The notes under the pieces: generated by a model
Database searches by the model: none
What the model was told of the DNA's origin: nothing
What the model saw: only the letters and a program-made list of their open reading frames with translations
Shown here: piece by piece, positions 62,117 through 64,000 of the stretch
Numbering within the stretch: position 1 is the first letter of the stretch
Layout of the letters: each line of letters begins with the position of its first letter
Translations under genes and position numbers: made by a program
Source: an uncultured Gemmataceae bacterium
Lineage (GTDB): Bacteria; Planctomycetota; Planctomycetia; Gemmatales; Gemmataceae
Direction: 5' to 3'
Assembly: GCA_963750165.1 (NCBI GenBank)
Contig: CAVVPN010000003.1
Location: 2,144,001 to 2,208,000, forward strand
Length of the DNA stretch: 64,000 nt

Positions 62117-63624
62117 AGCACACAGCCCTGATGGCCAGCGTCGTCCTGCTCCTTTCCTTCCCCCCCCTCGCCACCGCCCAGTCGCCGCTGCGCTGGGCCG
62201 CCGACGCCGAGGGTGGTGCCCCCTTCATCTTCAAGGAACCCAGAAACGTCAGCCGCAACATCGGCTTCGAGGTCGATCTCAAGCGCGCCCTGGAGCGCGA
62301 ACTCGGCCGCAAGATCGAGTTCGTCCAGTACGAGTATGTCAAGCTCACGGAGGGCCTGGAGCGCGGCGACTTCGACTTCATCATGAACGGCTTCGACATC
62401 ACCGCCGACCGCGTCAAGCGCGTACGTTTCACGCGGCCCTACTACGCCTACCGCCTGGAGTTGGCCGTGCGTGCCGACGATCACCGCTTCGACACGCTGG
62501 CGGCGCTCAAGCAAGCCGGAGGCGTCGTCGGCACCCTGGAGGACACCGCCGCGTCGCGCTATCTGAAGCGCCAGAGGGTCAGGACCAAGGAGTACACGGA
62601 CCAGACTGGGCCGTACAACGACCTCGCCGCCGGGGTCATCGATGGCGTGTTGATGGACGCGCCCATCGCCGAGTATTACGGCAAAAAAAGCCTGGTCACC
62701 GAGGACACGGCGCTGTTCCAGAAGGCGACGCCACCGTTCCGGTTCATCGACCATTTCCCGACCTATTACTTCTACGCCATCGCGGTCCAGAAGGACAACG
62801 TGGCACTGGCCGCCGAACTGAACGCCGCCCTCGACCGTCTGCTCGCCGACGGCACCCTGCAGCGCATCTACGAGAAATGGGGCCTCTGGGACAGCAAGCA
62901 AGAGAAACTGCTGGCCGAGTACCGCGGCGACACGGCGGGCGAAGACACCGTCGGCGGCGGGGTCGCCGAATTGCTGCTCAAAGGTGCCGGCATGACCGTG
63001 TTCCTGACGTTCACCGGTTTCGCCCTGGCGGTGGTGCTGGGACTGCCGATTGCCCTGCTGCGGCTGTACGGCCCCGCGCCGCTGCGGTCCCTGGCGCTGC
63101 TCTATGTGGAGTTCTTCCGCGGCATCCCGGTGCTGTTATTGCTGGTGTTCCTGTACTTCGGCCTGCCGGAAATGGCGCGGGCGTACCGCTGGGTGGAGCA
63201 CGGCGTCACGCTGAAGCTGGACCCGGTCGTGGCGGCGATCCTCGGTTTCGGCCTGAACTACGCCGCCTACGAGTCCGAGATTTACCGGGCGGGCCTCGGC
63301 GCGATCCCGATCGGGCAGTGGGAGGCGGCGCGCTCGCTCGGCATGTCGGACGCGCTCACGTTCCGCCGCATCATCCTGCCGCAGTCCATCCGCATCATCC
63401 TGCCGCCGATGACGAACGACCTGGTGGCGCTGTTCAAGGACACCAGCGTCGTCAGCGTCATCGCAGTGGTGGAGCTGAGCAAGCAATACCAGATTCTGAC
63501 GCGCTCGAACGCCGGCGACCTGGTGACGATCGCGCTGGCGACGGCGGCGTTGTATCTGGTGATGTCGGTGCCGCTGGGGCTGCTGTCGCGCCACCTGGAG
63601 CGGCGCTGGGCGGTACGGAGTTGA
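62113..63624 (+). CDS. Polar amino acid ABC transporter, fused substrate-binding and permease protein
   Basis: GFEVDL, DITADR and FTRPYY binding domain; YVEFFRGIP, AYESEIYRAG, GQWEAARSLGM and KDTS permease motifs. Confidence 0.93.
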   Translation: MKHTALMASVVLLLSFPPLATAQSPLRWAADAEGGAPFIFKEPRNVSRNIGFEVDLKRALERELGRKIEFVQYEYVKLTEGLERGDFDFIMNGFDITADRVKRVRFTRPYYAYRLELAVRADDHRFDTLAALKQAGGVVGTLEDTAASRYLKRQRVRTKEYTDQTGPYNDLAAGVIDGVLMDAPIAEYYGKKSLVTEDTALFQKATPPFRFIDHFPTYYFYAIAVQKDNVALAAELNAALDRLLADGTLQRIYEKWGLWDSKQEKLLAEYRGDTAGEDTVGGGVAELLLKGAGMTVFLTFTGFALAVVLGLPIALLRLYGPAPLRSLALLYVEFFRGIPVLLLLVFLYFGLPEMARAYRWVEHGVTLKLDPVVAAILGFGLNYAAYESEIYRAGLGAIPIGQWEAARSLGMSDALTFRRIILPQSIRIILPPMTNDLVALFKDTSVVSVIAVVELSKQYQILTRSNAGDLVTIALATAALYLVMSVPLGLLSRHLERRWAVRS

Positions 63625-63684
63625 TTTGGAATCTGCGATTCTGCCGCTGGCGACTGAGCCGTAAGCGGCAAAACCGACGCGCCA

Positions 63685-64000
63685 TCACACGGCGGAGGGC
63701 AGGCCCAGCACCGCCAGGGCGCCGCGGGCCACGTCGAAGGCGGCCCGCGGTCGGGCCAGGCGGCGCACGTTGCCGCGCAGCCGTTCCAGCCGCTCCGGGT
63801 CGCGCAGCAGGACCGACACCTTGTATGCCAGCGTCGCCGGGGTGTTCACCTTGACGGCGGCGCCGTTCTCCAGCAGATAATCGCTATTGCGGGTCTCCTG
63901 CCCCGGGATGGCGTTGACGATCACCATGACGCAGTCGCGCGCCAGCGCCTCCGACGTGCTCAGGCCGCCCGGCTTGGTCACCATCAGGTCCGCGGCGGCC
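63685..64000 (-). CDS. MGDG synthase/UgtP-like glycosyltransferase, C-terminal part
   Basis: AADLMVTKPGGLSTSEAL..IPGQETRN; the gene begins beyond the window. Confidence 0.88.
   Translation of the reverse strand, partial: AAADLMVTKPGGLSTSEALARDCVMVIVNAIPGQETRNSDYLLENGAAVKVNTPATLAYKVSVLLRDPERLERLRGNVRRLARPRAAFDVARGALAVLGLPSAV

Overview
High-GC bacterial DNA, most likely Planctomycetota (Gemmataceae-like). This is inferred from a TIGR03000-type protein, an LEPR-XLL-like N-terminal motif, a 'PILADALEEAGC' family gene, DUF4058-like and DUF4365-like genes, and many palindromic repeats. The window holds tRNA-His, housekeeping genes (galM, mnmE, coaX, obgE, sdhCAB, deoC, ackA), an RND efflux operon with four TolC-family genes, secreted hydrolases and a two-component system. 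Highlights: (1) A secreted Gly/Met-rich low-complexity protein lies behind a sigma54 promoter next to an NtrC-type two-component system. A diverged copy of its 3' end and terminator sits about 50 kb away, directly upstream of the RND/TolC operon, which also has a sigma54-type promoter. This suggests one ancestral locus or regulon. (2) A redoxin gene has an in-frame TGA in a UxxC motif followed by a SECIS-like hairpin, so it is probably a selenoprotein. (3) Two copies of a MITE with CTAWG target duplications carry a GTAG-type REP, and one is inserted in frame in a gene. (4) An HNH cassette is bracketed by a duplicated deoC start region. About ten single-base frameshifts, some in essential genes, look like long-read assembly errors. 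All family assignments come from recognising motifs by eye; no searches were run.
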